This document shows, one piece after another, positions 33,980-43,535 of a stretch of 64,000 nucleotides of DNA (positions within the stretch are counted from its first letter, which is position 1; each line of letters opens with the position of its first letter). Location: positions 682,001-746,000 of the forward strand of contig JASVEC010000001.1 of NCBI GenBank assembly GCA_030770535.1, read 5' to 3'. Source of the DNA: Batkoa obscura. Its lineage: Eukaryota. A program made the position numbers and the translations under genes. The notes below the pieces were generated by a model, which ran no database searches, was not told where the DNA came from, and was given only the letters and a program-made list of their open reading frames with translations.

Positions 33980-36900
33980 TCACATTGCTGATTTGAGAAA
34001 CTTGGCATGGACTCGATTATAAATGACGCTTGTTCCTTTATGTTTAATCGAATAGCTATCATACAAGTGTTTATGTATGATTTCATATGGTCCGTCCCAT
34101 TTCAGTGCCAGTTTATTTTTTCTAGGTTGGTTGTAGGAAGGATACAAATAAACAATATCTCCTACCTTGAAAGTGGCTAGACTAGGAAGTCTGGACATAT
34201 CTTGCTGATACCTCTTTATCTTCGAATCTGTTAATGCGTTAAAGGCTTCAACTTGGATAGCTATCAATTTTTTTGTTAGTTTAGCCAAGTATATGTCAGG
34301 GCTTATCTCGCCTTGTTTAGCGATTAAAGGGGCAAAAGATATGGGGAGCCCAGGGTGTCTCCCATAAAGCATAATAAAAGGAGACTTTTTAGTAATACTG
34401 TGTACTGAATATCTATATGCTAAAATAGCGGAATGTAGATATTCATCCCAACAGCTAGTTTTGTCAAAAGCTAGTTTTCTTAGTATACGTATTAGTGTAC
34501 CGTTTACTCTCTCAACCATTCCATTAGTTTCTGGATGATACGGAGCTGCAGTAGAATGTCTTATGGCCATTAGTCTGGCTAATTTTGGGAGAACTAGATT
34601 AACAAAATTGGCAGCATTATCGGTAAGTATCACCTGTGGGCTTCCATGTCTACAAATAATATCTTCATATATAAATTTAGATATGTGGAAGGAAGTCTGG
34701 TTTGGTATTGCTCTAGCTTCAACCCACTTAGTTAGATGGTCTATAGCTACAACGATATACTTATTTCCTCTTACTGAAGAAGCTTCACAAAGAGGGCCTA
34801 TCACATCTATACTTACCGTGTGGAATGCATGTTTAGGTAAAATAAACTTGTAAGCTGTTACTTTTATCCTACTTTGTTCTCTTTTACAAACATCACAATT
34901 ATTTATGAAGTCTTCTAAGTCTGGTATCATTGATTCCCAATAGCAGGAAACTTTCATGGTGTCATATGTTTTTTGGAAGGCTGAATGCCCGCAGATCACA
35001 TTGTGAAACTGTTGACATGCAGATAGCCGCGAAGAAGGCTTAATATACGGAATATATGTTCCTTTAATCTTTTTGTACAATGCATTACTTTTGACAATGA
35101 TATTCTGGGCATTTTTCTCAAGCCATTGTTTAAGCTCAGGTTGTTGTTGCGGCCACTTATTTTTATTACCCAATAGGTTGTACAGATCATCATCTATGGG
35201 GGTGGCTAGACAGATCCTGGGTAACCTACTAAGCCCATCTGCATTTTGGTGATCTTTACCTGGCTTATATACTATATCAAAACTATACGATTGTAGTTTT
35301 AGAGCCCACCTAGCTAGACGTCCTTCAGGATTAGTGATTGAATATAACCACTTTAGGGAAACATGGTCGGTAATAACAGTAAAGTGAGTGCCATAGATAT
35401 ACGGTCTAAATGCCTTTATAGCATGAATAATTGCAAGGCATTCCTTCTCTGTCGTAGTGTAATTCCTCTCATGCTTCGATAAGGTTCTAGAGGTATAAGC
35501 TATTGGATGCTCGCAGTTGTCATCATCCAGTTGACTTAAAACACCTCCAACTGCCGTTAGGCTAGCGTCGGTATACAGGGAGAAGGGCTTTGAGAAATTT
35601 GGAAACATCAACACTGGGGCGTTAAGCAGCTTATCGCGAAGTTCTTCAAAGGCTTGTTGGTGTTCTTCTTTCCATTGAAACTTGACTTCTTTCTTTAACA
35701 ATTGGAATAGTGGAGTGGCTAAGTTCGAAAAATCTTTTATAAATCTTCGGTAGTAATTCATTAGTCCGAGGAATACTTGTACTTCTCTCATCGTAGTTGG
35801 GGGGAAAAGCTCTTTTACTGCATCTAATTTATTAGGAATAGGAGCTAAACCTTTGTCAGAGACCTTGTAGCCTAAAAATTCCAGACTAGTTTGGAAAAAT
35901 GAGCATTTTTTTGGCTTTAACTTTAAGTTAGCTTGGCGAAGACGTTCGAATACTGCTTTAAGGTGATTTAGGTGATCCACGAAAGTCTTCGAGAACACAT
36001 TCAAGTCGTCTAAGTAAATTAGTACACATGAGAGCTTAAGATCACCTAGTGTATTATCCATAAGACGTTGGAATGTAGCAGGAGCGTTTGAAAGGCCTTG
36101 TGGCATCCTCGTTGGTTGAAATAGTCCTTCGGAAGTAATCAAAGCGCATTTCTCTTGGTCTTCCGGATCCATTTCTACCTGCCAGTATCCTGAGATTAGA
36201 TCCATTGCTGAAAAGTATTTTGCACCTTGTAAGCGGTCAACAGCATCATCTATTCTGGGTAGTGGATATACATCCTTCTTTGTGATTTTGTTGAGTTTCC
36301 TATAGTCCATAACTACTCTATTAGTTCCATCTTTTTTCTTAACAATCATAAGGGGAGAGGCCCATGGACTATTTGAAGGGATAATCAAACCTAATCTTAA
36401 AAGTTTTTGGACTTCTTCTCGTTCTGCCTTAAGTTCAGACTGAGATTTACGATATGCTTTAGTTGCAACAGGTAGTGAATCACATGTATATACTTTATGT
36501 TTAGTATTGCGGGCACAGCCAATATCTTCTTCTGAAGTTGCAAAGACGTCTTTATATTCTTCCAGCAATTTATAAAATTGAAGTTGTTCATCTGGGTTTA
36601 GATGTTTAATAGTGTCTTTCTCAACAAACAGGGTTTGGTTATTAGGGGCTTCTTCATAAATTTGGAATTCTTCTAGTGTTGCAAATTTACTGAAAGTATT
36701 AATCACAATGTTATTTTCTACGTGGATTGTACCAACCTGTTGACCTCTAGAGATTTTGATATCTTTTTCGGTAATGTTGGCAAGCAGTAGTTTTATAGTC
36801 TCATTCATGTTATTACCTAAAATCCCGGGCATAGTTAGAGGTTCTAATCTTGAAACACTTTCTATACTGTATATAGATAGATGGAACTCCTTAGGTACCC

Positions 36901-37513
36901 ATAATGAGATTTCGGTGTCTAGTACTACCTGTGATTTAGGCGGTATTAGTAAGTTCTTAGGGGAAATAATGGGGATTCCAGACTGCTTATATGCTATATC
37001 TGGATATTGATAAATCACAGATTCTAATCCGCAGAGAGTAACGTCAACTGATTTATTGTTAGTCCGATAGCTCATTATACGACAGTCAGGAGTTTTGTTG
37101 CTTATGTTGTTAATGGTTAGGTTCCTTGGCTTATTGTAGTACATTGGAATGGATTGATCTAATACTTTTAAGATATTTTGATCGTACAATAATTGGCAAC
37201 CATGTTTCACAAAGAATTCGGTGCCTAGGAGGAAGTCGTAACCTTCGCTTTCCAACACTATCGCTGGAAAGGCTAAAGTTAGCTTTCCAAACTTAATAGG
37301 GATTGATGAGTATGCTCCTAGTGCCGTGACGGTTCCGGTTCCGGCTGTACCGAAGGTGTCCGAACAATCTATATCCGGTTTAAAGGGTAATCGTTTTACC
37401 AGACGACTCGATATGAAATTGATGGGAGCTCCGCTATCTAATATTATACGCACATTTTTTTTTGTAAATCGACGCATTAATGTAAGTACAATCGGTGGAG
37501 TTGGCTTTGGCAT
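33980..37513 (-). CDS. pol: Gypsy Pol: protease, dUTPase-like, RT, RNase H, integrase
   Basis: ILDSGA; SPWASP, DYRKLN, MPQGL, YLDD; YTDAS, EKECLA, ITDH; H..H..CDVC, SIDVI, LTDNA, VERVN; terminal GPY motif; no chromodomain. True N-terminus is probably reached via the linker ORF. Confidence 0.97.
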   Translation of the reverse strand: MPKPTPPIVLTLMRRFTKKNVRIILDSGAPINFISSRLVKRLPFKPDIDCSDTFGTAGTGTVTALGAYSSIPIKFGKLTLAFPAIVLESEGYDFLLGTEFFVKHGCQLLYDQNILKVLDQSIPMYYNKPRNLTINNISNKTPDCRIMSYRTNNKSVDVTLCGLESVIYQYPDIAYKQSGIPIISPKNLLIPPKSQVVLDTEISLWVPKEFHLSIYSIESVSRLEPLTMPGILGNNMNETIKLLLANITEKDIKISRGQQVGTIHVENNIVINTFSKFATLEEFQIYEEAPNNQTLFVEKDTIKHLNPDEQLQFYKLLEEYKDVFATSEEDIGCARNTKHKVYTCDSLPVATKAYRKSQSELKAEREEVQKLLRLGLIIPSNSPWASPLMIVKKKDGTNRVVMDYRKLNKITKKDVYPLPRIDDAVDRLQGAKYFSAMDLISGYWQVEMDPEDQEKCALITSEGLFQPTRMPQGLSNAPATFQRLMDNTLGDLKLSCVLIYLDDLNVFSKTFVDHLNHLKAVFERLRQANLKLKPKKCSFFQTSLEFLGYKVSDKGLAPIPNKLDAVKELFPPTTMREVQVFLGLMNYYRRFIKDFSNLATPLFQLLKKEVKFQWKEEHQQAFEELRDKLLNAPVLMFPNFSKPFSLYTDASLTAVGGVLSQLDDDNCEHPIAYTSRTLSKHERNYTTTEKECLAIIHAIKAFRPYIYGTHFTVITDHVSLKWLYSITNPEGRLARWALKLQSYSFDIVYKPGKDHQNADGLSRLPRICLATPIDDDLYNLLGNKNKWPQQQPELKQWLEKNAQNIIVKSNALYKKIKGTYIPYIKPSSRLSACQQFHNVICGHSAFQKTYDTMKVSCYWESMIPDLEDFINNCDVCKREQSRIKVTAYKFILPKHAFHTVSIDVIGPLCEASSVRGNKYIVVAIDHLTKWVEARAIPNQTSFHISKFIYEDIICRHGSPQVILTDNAANFVNLVLPKLARLMAIRHSTAAPYHPETNGMVERVNGTLIRILRKLAFDKTSCWDEYLHSAILAYRYSVHSITKKSPFIMLYGRHPGLPISFAPLIAKQGEISPDIYLAKLTKKLIAIQVEAFNALTDSKIKRYQQDMSRLPSLATFKVGDIVYLYPSYNQPRKNKLALKWDGPYEIIHKHLYDSYSIKHKGTSVIYNRVHAKFLKSAM

Positions 37514-37997
37514 CGAGGTTTACTAAGAGGATCTGTTTATTTGGATTCTGATATTCTCTAATGATGTTTCTAAATGCAATTGCTAAGTCTGATTCTCCAG
37601 TTAGGATTTTGTCTAGAGGAATTGGGATGGTAACATTAGTTAACCACTGGTGTGTATTATCTAGTTCACTTTGTGTAAGGGACAGTTTGGATAAATCGGA
37701 TAATTGTGAAATGTAAGGTTTAGCAATTTCATTTATCAAGGCAGAATCAGGGGCATTGATAGAGTTATCAGGTGACTTATCAATTCGACGTGGAATGACT
37801 TTAGGAATTTCAACGACGGGAACCTTTTTCTTCTTGGGTCTGCCACGAATTTTGGAAGGTAGTGCTAGGATGAGGGTAGAGGGGTCAAATTTTGAAAGCG
37901 TGTTAATTTCGAAGTCTAATTCAGTGCTTTCATCTGGATCAGGAGGAATTTTTGATTTCGTGGAAGGGGGATCCTCATTTACCCTCCCACTTAGAAG
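37434..37997 (-). CDS. Gag-Pol linker ORF in the -1 frame relative to gag
   Basis: Open from the slippery site (KLLSGRVNEDPPSTK...) through ..INEIAKPY..DCTYINASIY, which supplies the first strand of the protease. Confidence 0.75.
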   Translation of the reverse strand, partial: LLSGRVNEDPPSTKSKIPPDPDESTELDFEINTLSKFDPSTLILALPSKIRGRPKKKKVPVVEIPKVIPRRIDKSPDNSINAPDSALINEIAKPYISQLSDLSKLSLTQSELDNTHQWLTNVTIPIPLDKILTGESDLAIAFRNIIREYQNPNKQILLVNLDAKANSTDCTYINASIYKKKCAYNIR

Positions 37998-40492
37998 TTT
38001 TTTGACTCGCTGTTGGGGTCAACAAACTTTTCAGTGTCACCATCATTATAATTATAATTGAGGTGATTAACTTGTTTATTTTTGTTAAAATGTTTACTAT
38101 TGCGAACATTTTTTTCAAAGTAATATTTAAAAATACCATTTTCTGGCTTTGGTTCAATACAATTGACGGCAATATGTCCATGTTCACCACAGTTCCAGCA
38201 TCCAGTAAATACTCGAGATTTACGATGGTTGGAGTAGTGCTGTTGTGTAATGGCAAAGCAATGAAGATATTCGTTGTTGTCCGTTTCTTTATCTATATGA
38301 TTAACGTATAGTTTCTTGGATTTAACTTCGCTTTTTGGACTTCCGAGGTATAGCTCTAAAATCTCTATCATCTGAGTAATATTGGTGATATTATGATGAG
38401 GGTCTAGAAAAAGACGTGCGATGTGACTTGGAAGGTTTCGTTGGAAGGCCAGGCGGAGGTCTGTAACGCTTAACTTCCCACAGGAAATTAAAGCATTAGC
38501 ACGATTTTTTACGTTTGCAATGTAATTTTCAAGTTTGCTTTCATCGTCTAGTCGTAAAGATAAAAGGGCTGCCTTTTTTGCTTCCATTTTTACATCGGAA
38601 TCATAGTGATCTATGAATGCCTTTTTAAAAGAGTTCCAGTTACTGCGTAAGTCATCAGGTAGGGTCATACACCAGGAAAGCTCGTTTGTTTGAAGCTGAC
38701 CTAAGAGACATTGAGGGCGACACTCGTAGGTCCAATTGTTGGCATCAAGATGAACTTCTAGCGCTTTGATGAAAGTAGTAGCAGTGATTTCATTTGGATT
38801 GAATAGGAGACTAAAATTAAACTTGGTATTAACGGGTTGGGAGCTTCTCGGATAATTGTGGGGGTATGTTGAGAAGCTATGCGGGTTTAGATTGTTACCA
38901 GAAGGTCCAGGATGGCCATAATAGGCGTCATGATTATTATGTGATATACCATAGTTATTTTGAACAGGAATCCGCTCGGGTTGTACGTAGTGAGATGAAG
39001 ATTGCTCATAGGGTACATGTTGAGTGATTTTTGGAGCAATATATGGCAACTTGTTTTTGTTACTATTGTTAAAAGGATTGTCCAGGTTAACTTCAGCATA
39101 GGGTTGTACATGAGATCTTATTGGCTCAGCATTAGATCCTGTAGCAGGGTTTCTTGAGTAAATACCATCAGTAGGTGCAGTGGTCATTCTAGGAAGTAAT
39201 TGAGGTGGACTTTCTCCTTTCTTGGGTTGATCATCCGGTTGTACCAAGTGAATAGAACCACGATACTTAGGGTTCATTTGATATTCAGTGTCAAGAATAG
39301 ATTCTGTGGTACCATCACCTAGATCATACATATTATATCTCGGAACATCTCTATAAGTCGAGAGTCTGGAGTGAGGTGCTGAAACAGCGATACGTTCCTT
39401 TCTACAATTACAAGAAGATGCCTTGATTTGGCTGGTATTGGAAGCTACCTTAGTTTGAAGAATAATAAGCTCTTCCTTGGTACTCTGTATATTACGCGAA
39501 ATTTCTTCCCAGTCAGCCGCTGACTGCTCTTTATCTAATCTAATTTGTTCCTTCAAATTATTATTGGAAGTGATGAGCTGGCTAATGGTGGTCACTTGTT
39601 GAGTCAGTTGTACATTACAAGCAGCTAAATCTTGTTCTAAAGCCAAGATTCTGGCATCTTTGGCTGATGCAGACGCAGGGGATTGCTCAACATAGGATAA
39701 ACGATGATTATACTCGGTGAATCTAGTCATCAACGATCTATTAAGTTCTGCAAAAGTGATTTTCACTTTTCCGTCGATATCTGAGACCCTTTGAGCAGTA
39801 TGGTCATTGATCTCAGTGAGGGAAAGGTTGATCTCGTCAGAGATCTTAATGAGTTCGGAATGTAAGGCAGTATCAAGCTGATGCAATTCAGCCTTGAAGT
39901 CTCCTACTTCTCTTGCCAAATCTCTATATACTTCATAACTAACAGTATCATTGAGCCTTTGGTTGAATTCATTAAACTTACTGGTATGGAATTCATTTGA
40001 TGGGGTGATGACATCATTGTTTTGGTTGATGACCATGGAGAGATTATTAACCGTACCTAGAAGCGAGCTTAAAGAGGTAGACAATTCATTATTGTGAGTT
40101 GAGAGACGGTTGAGTTCACCAACCATCTGGATGAGTTTGTTGTGCAAGAACTCTACTAAATATTGTTGAACGTGGGAAAGGGTAGGTACCGTTTGGTACT
40201 GAGCACGAAAAGTAATTTGGGTACTGGAGTTACTACTTTGGTATTGTCTCCAAGCAGAGAGATCACCATTAAGAACGTGCATAGGAACAGCTCCATAGGT
40301 AACGACCGAGCTTACAACATGAGGAGGTAGGGCAGCTTGATTTAAAGCAGCAGTGTCTATTTCTGGGGTCAGAACACTAGCTTCTTCTTCATCACTACTA
40401 CCCATGTCATATTCAGTGATAGTCAATTGTTGACGGTTATCAAGGAGATATCTTGAGTCAGCAAAATAGGGTATGAGGCTATTGTTGATCAT
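37991..40492 (-). CDS. gag: Gypsy Gag, long coiled-coil N-terminus, CCHC knuckle (833 aa)
   Basis: WNSFKKAFIDHY capsid-like motif; CWNCGEHGHIAVNC zinc knuckle. Confidence 0.92.
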   Translation of the reverse strand: MINNSLIPYFADSRYLLDNRQQLTITEYDMGSSDEEEASVLTPEIDTAALNQAALPPHVVSSVVTYGAVPMHVLNGDLSAWRQYQSSNSSTQITFRAQYQTVPTLSHVQQYLVEFLHNKLIQMVGELNRLSTHNNELSTSLSSLLGTVNNLSMVINQNNDVITPSNEFHTSKFNEFNQRLNDTVSYEVYRDLAREVGDFKAELHQLDTALHSELIKISDEINLSLTEINDHTAQRVSDIDGKVKITFAELNRSLMTRFTEYNHRLSYVEQSPASASAKDARILALEQDLAACNVQLTQQVTTISQLITSNNNLKEQIRLDKEQSAADWEEISRNIQSTKEELIILQTKVASNTSQIKASSCNCRKERIAVSAPHSRLSTYRDVPRYNMYDLGDGTTESILDTEYQMNPKYRGSIHLVQPDDQPKKGESPPQLLPRMTTAPTDGIYSRNPATGSNAEPIRSHVQPYAEVNLDNPFNNSNKNKLPYIAPKITQHVPYEQSSSHYVQPERIPVQNNYGISHNNHDAYYGHPGPSGNNLNPHSFSTYPHNYPRSSQPVNTKFNFSLLFNPNEITATTFIKALEVHLDANNWTYECRPQCLLGQLQTNELSWCMTLPDDLRSNWNSFKKAFIDHYDSDVKMEAKKAALLSLRLDDESKLENYIANVKNRANALISCGKLSVTDLRLAFQRNLPSHIARLFLDPHHNITNITQMIEILELYLGSPKSEVKSKKLYVNHIDKETDNNEYLHCFAITQQHYSNHRKSRVFTGCWNCGEHGHIAVNCIEPKPENGIFKYYFEKNVRNSKHFNKNKQVNHLNYNYNDGDTEKFVDPNSESKNF

Positions 40493-40590
40493 AGTCTGTG
40501 AATTAAGGGGATTGGAGGGTTGGGGTGGTTACGCGGTAAGAACCGTAAAGGAAAGGCTATAAAGGCTACCTAGTGTAGTTATAGGAGCTT

Positions 40591-40608
40591 TCCCAGCTAT
40601 GAGCGCCA
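40591..40608 (-). other. Primer-binding site
   Basis: TGGCGCTCATAGCTGGGA, 2 nt after the 5' LTR; starts with TGG (complement of tRNA CCA). Confidence 0.85.
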
Positions 40609-40610
40609 AG

Positions 40611-41076
40611 TGTGAAAGTTGATACTTAGTGGCCGAAGTTAAAAGCTACTCTTGCTTAATTAACTTGCCTTGAGTCGAACGGTCTTAGTTTATATAACTA
40701 AGGTAGACTTAACTTAATAGAAATAGTATGTAGTAAGCTACAAATTATGTAAAACAAATACAATGGAAGATACTACTATAAAATCTATATCAGATGTTGT
40801 CAGAAAGACTTAGTGACTTTATTAATGATACGTTATCAGGGAGTAATCCAATTAAAAAAGCCTGGAGTTATCATATTGAAGAATCTCTTTTATACTCCAA
40901 TAAATATGGATATTAATACGAGAGGATGTTATTCCTTGCAATATGAAGTTAGAAATTCTCGCAGCAAATCAAAATAAGGGACTCTGACTTGATTGTATTT
41001 GAACTTGAGAACACAGCAACTTAAGTGATTGTTGCGTTATAATCAATCCGAGAGCTAAATAAAGCAATATTTCACA
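40611..41076 (-). repeat. 5' LTR
   Basis: 466 bp; on the minus strand TGTGAAATATTGC...CAACTTTCACA. Confidence 0.97.
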
Positions 41077-41459
41077 TTACCAAGTGTTCTTATACTAAAA
41101 ACTAAATCATAAGCAATACTACGACAATTATTCTCTTATCCTCTAATGCTTATCCTACCTATTTCCACCAACTTTAAATTTTAAATAAAAGTTAACTTTT
41201 AAAAAGTCATAATAAGAGGTTATGCTATAATTGCTACAAAGCCGTTAATCAATACCAAAGCGGAAGCTAAAAATATAACAGTTTGGCCTCTTTAAAATGA
41301 AAGATGGAGTAGTCTTTGACCTGAAACCTTCATATACATGAGCTTGAATTTGTAGTACTTGACTATTGCTTAACATTCACTTTCTGAAAGGTTAGTTAAA
41401 ATGATTGATTAGCTTTTAAAAAGTGGATATTATTATATAAAAGGTAATAGTGTCAATCT

Positions 41460-41830
41460 AAGGGTCTATGTTTTTGTGGAATTATTGTACTTGTTTTGAA
41501 AAACTGATATTTTTCGTGCCAATTATAACTAAAGATTCCATTGAGCATCGCTTTTATCTTTGCTCTTTATTTAACCCTTTCTGGGACCATTGTATTCCCT
41601 CGATTCTTCCTGCCCTTAGAGGTTTAATAAAACAGTGGAGGAAAACATAACGCTACCTGAAAGCTTCTACAAAGATTTTGTTGCTAATTTATTTATTTCA
41701 GTACTGTGAGCAACCTATCGATATCACACCAAAATGGCATTTGCGGATAATCCGAAAATCTCTCTTCTATAGCTCTCTTTATTGAGTGGAGGATAGCTTG
41801 GAATGACAACCTCAATTTTGCAGTGGCAAG
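41460..41830 (+). mobile_element. Degraded 3' fragment of a non-LTR (LINE) element
   Basis: C..C..DSIEHRFYLC..FW resembles a LINE C-terminal zinc knuckle; downstream IALFIEWRIAWN; broken by stops. Confidence 0.4.
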
Positions 41831-42053
41831 ACTTATTAAAAACAAGAATAGTAATAATCTCCTGTTCTAGCCTGGTTCTCCGCTTGTTTAAATTTCATAT
41901 TAGTAAATTACTCGCTTGGGAGCAGTAGCTTCTTTGAGAACATAAGAAAATTATTAAAAGTTAAAAACAGGTTCATTAAATACGGATAACGATTATGATA
42001 TACTACAGTATATAAATATAATTCAAATAACATTTATTAGTTCATACTACTTT

Positions 42054-43535
42054 TCAATACTTACGATTAACCCAACGATCAATGGTATCAATCATGACTT
42101 TATGAGTATCTTGTAATGATTGTGAGTCTTTAGGATTTGGAGTACCTAAATCAGTAACATGAGAACCATCTTTGATCATTAAAACAGGGCGATTTTTTCT
42201 GGATTGCTTTACGTCAGTAACTGATAGTTGGGACCAAGGATCTTTATCCCCATTAGTGAAGATAATACGATCTGTGCCGATATATTTACCAGCATGGCGG
42301 TAGTTGATACGGTTGGTGTCTGGTGGGCCTACATATTTACCGTATAATTTACTGGAACAAAAGAAATTGTTGAACCAATCAACAGTTAAATATTTAGAAC
42401 GAGTAGATTTTTGTGCAGATACCTTTGCAGATGGGGCAGTTTGCCAGTATCCAAACTCAGTACAGCATTGGTAGTTCCATTGGCGCATGATCGAGTCTTC
42501 ACCTGGTGTTGGGTTGTTTAAGTCAGCTTCAGAAGCAAAAGCAGGGCAGGTGAATCCATTGTTTTTATAAAATAATTGGAAGGTATCAACTACATTCTTT
42601 AATTTGTCTTCTACTGAGATCTTGTTCTTGAAACCATCACAGAAAGAAGTTACTGAAGGGTTGGAAGTTGGACGACTATATTGTACCATGTAAGCTAAAG
42701 TATCAGCAACAGTATAAAGGAATTGAACATCATCTTTTAAGTCTTGACAACCCAAGCTATTTTTGATTTGTGAAAATCTGGCTTTATCGGTTTCATAAAG
42801 TTTATCAACATATTGAGTAACTTCATTCATAGTATCTAAACATTGTTCACCAAGTACTTTACCAACAGTAAGATCATACTCGAAAAAGTCAGATTTAGCT
42901 TCAACTGGGCCACTGGAGGCAATAGCACCATCAAAGATATTTGGATAATCTTGACGGACCCAAGCGGCCATAGCACCAGCATAGGATCCACCAATAGCAT
43001 ACCATTTGGTACTATTTGGTAATTTTCTCTTAGTTACTGGGTCCTCTATATTTTTTGCAAATTTGCCTAAATCCTTCAATCCATAATCTGAAGATAAATA
43101 TTTCAAGGTAGTGGCATTTAAACTCTTGAATGGTAACGATACACCATAATAACGATGTTCTAAAGAGAATAAGATACCATTATGTTTTTTAGCTAAATAA
43201 GCACCAAGACCACGGGATACTTGGTAAGGAGAGTTAGCAGCTTCTCCAGAAATATAAAGGAAGGAAGGACCTCCTGGCTTGTAATAATCAGCATTGACAT
43301 AGTATCTTTGTTTAAAGGTATCTTTTTTTTTGTGATCAACAGATTGCTCAAAAAAACGAGCATTATAAACACCTGGTTGGTAATCATCTGAAGCAATACT
43401 AGCCATACGTGAGTTTACATTGAGAACTTCTGGGGCTACGATATCATTAATAGTTAGCTCTGGGGGCACGAGATTGACGGCACTGACCAACTCAAGGGCT
43501 AAAAGTAAAGAGATTAAAGAGAAATTGGCTTTCAT
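42054..43535 (-). CDS. Secreted S28 serine peptidase (PRCP/DPP7-like), copy 1
   Basis: Signal peptide, FEQSVDH, FKQRY, LEHRYYG, nucleophile GGSYAG, NGDKDPW, GSHVTDL. Confidence 0.95.
   Translation of the reverse strand: MKANFSLISLLLALELVSAVNLVPPELTINDIVAPEVLNVNSRMASIASDDYQPGVYNARFFEQSVDHKKKDTFKQRYYVNADYYKPGGPSFLYISGEAANSPYQVSRGLGAYLAKKHNGILFSLEHRYYGVSLPFKSLNATTLKYLSSDYGLKDLGKFAKNIEDPVTKRKLPNSTKWYAIGGSYAGAMAAWVRQDYPNIFDGAIASSGPVEAKSDFFEYDLTVGKVLGEQCLDTMNEVTQYVDKLYETDKARFSQIKNSLGCQDLKDDVQFLYTVADTLAYMVQYSRPTSNPSVTSFCDGFKNKISVEDKLKNVVDTFQLFYKNNGFTCPAFASEADLNNPTPGEDSIMRQWNYQCCTEFGYWQTAPSAKVSAQKSTRSKYLTVDWFNNFFCSSKLYGKYVGPPDTNRINYRHAGKYIGTDRIIFTNGDKDPWSQLSVTDVKQSRKNRPVLMIKDGSHVTDLGTPNPKDSQSLQDTHKVMIDTIDRWVNRKY

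Larger units (their letters stand above)
33428..41076 (-). mobile_element. Full-length Ty3/Gypsy LTR retrotransposon (~7.65 kb)
   Basis: Two 466-bp TG..CA LTRs, 4-bp TSD TTAC (33424-27 and 41077-80), PBS, PPT, gag with CCHC, pol in PR-RT-RH-IN order. Confidence 0.98.
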
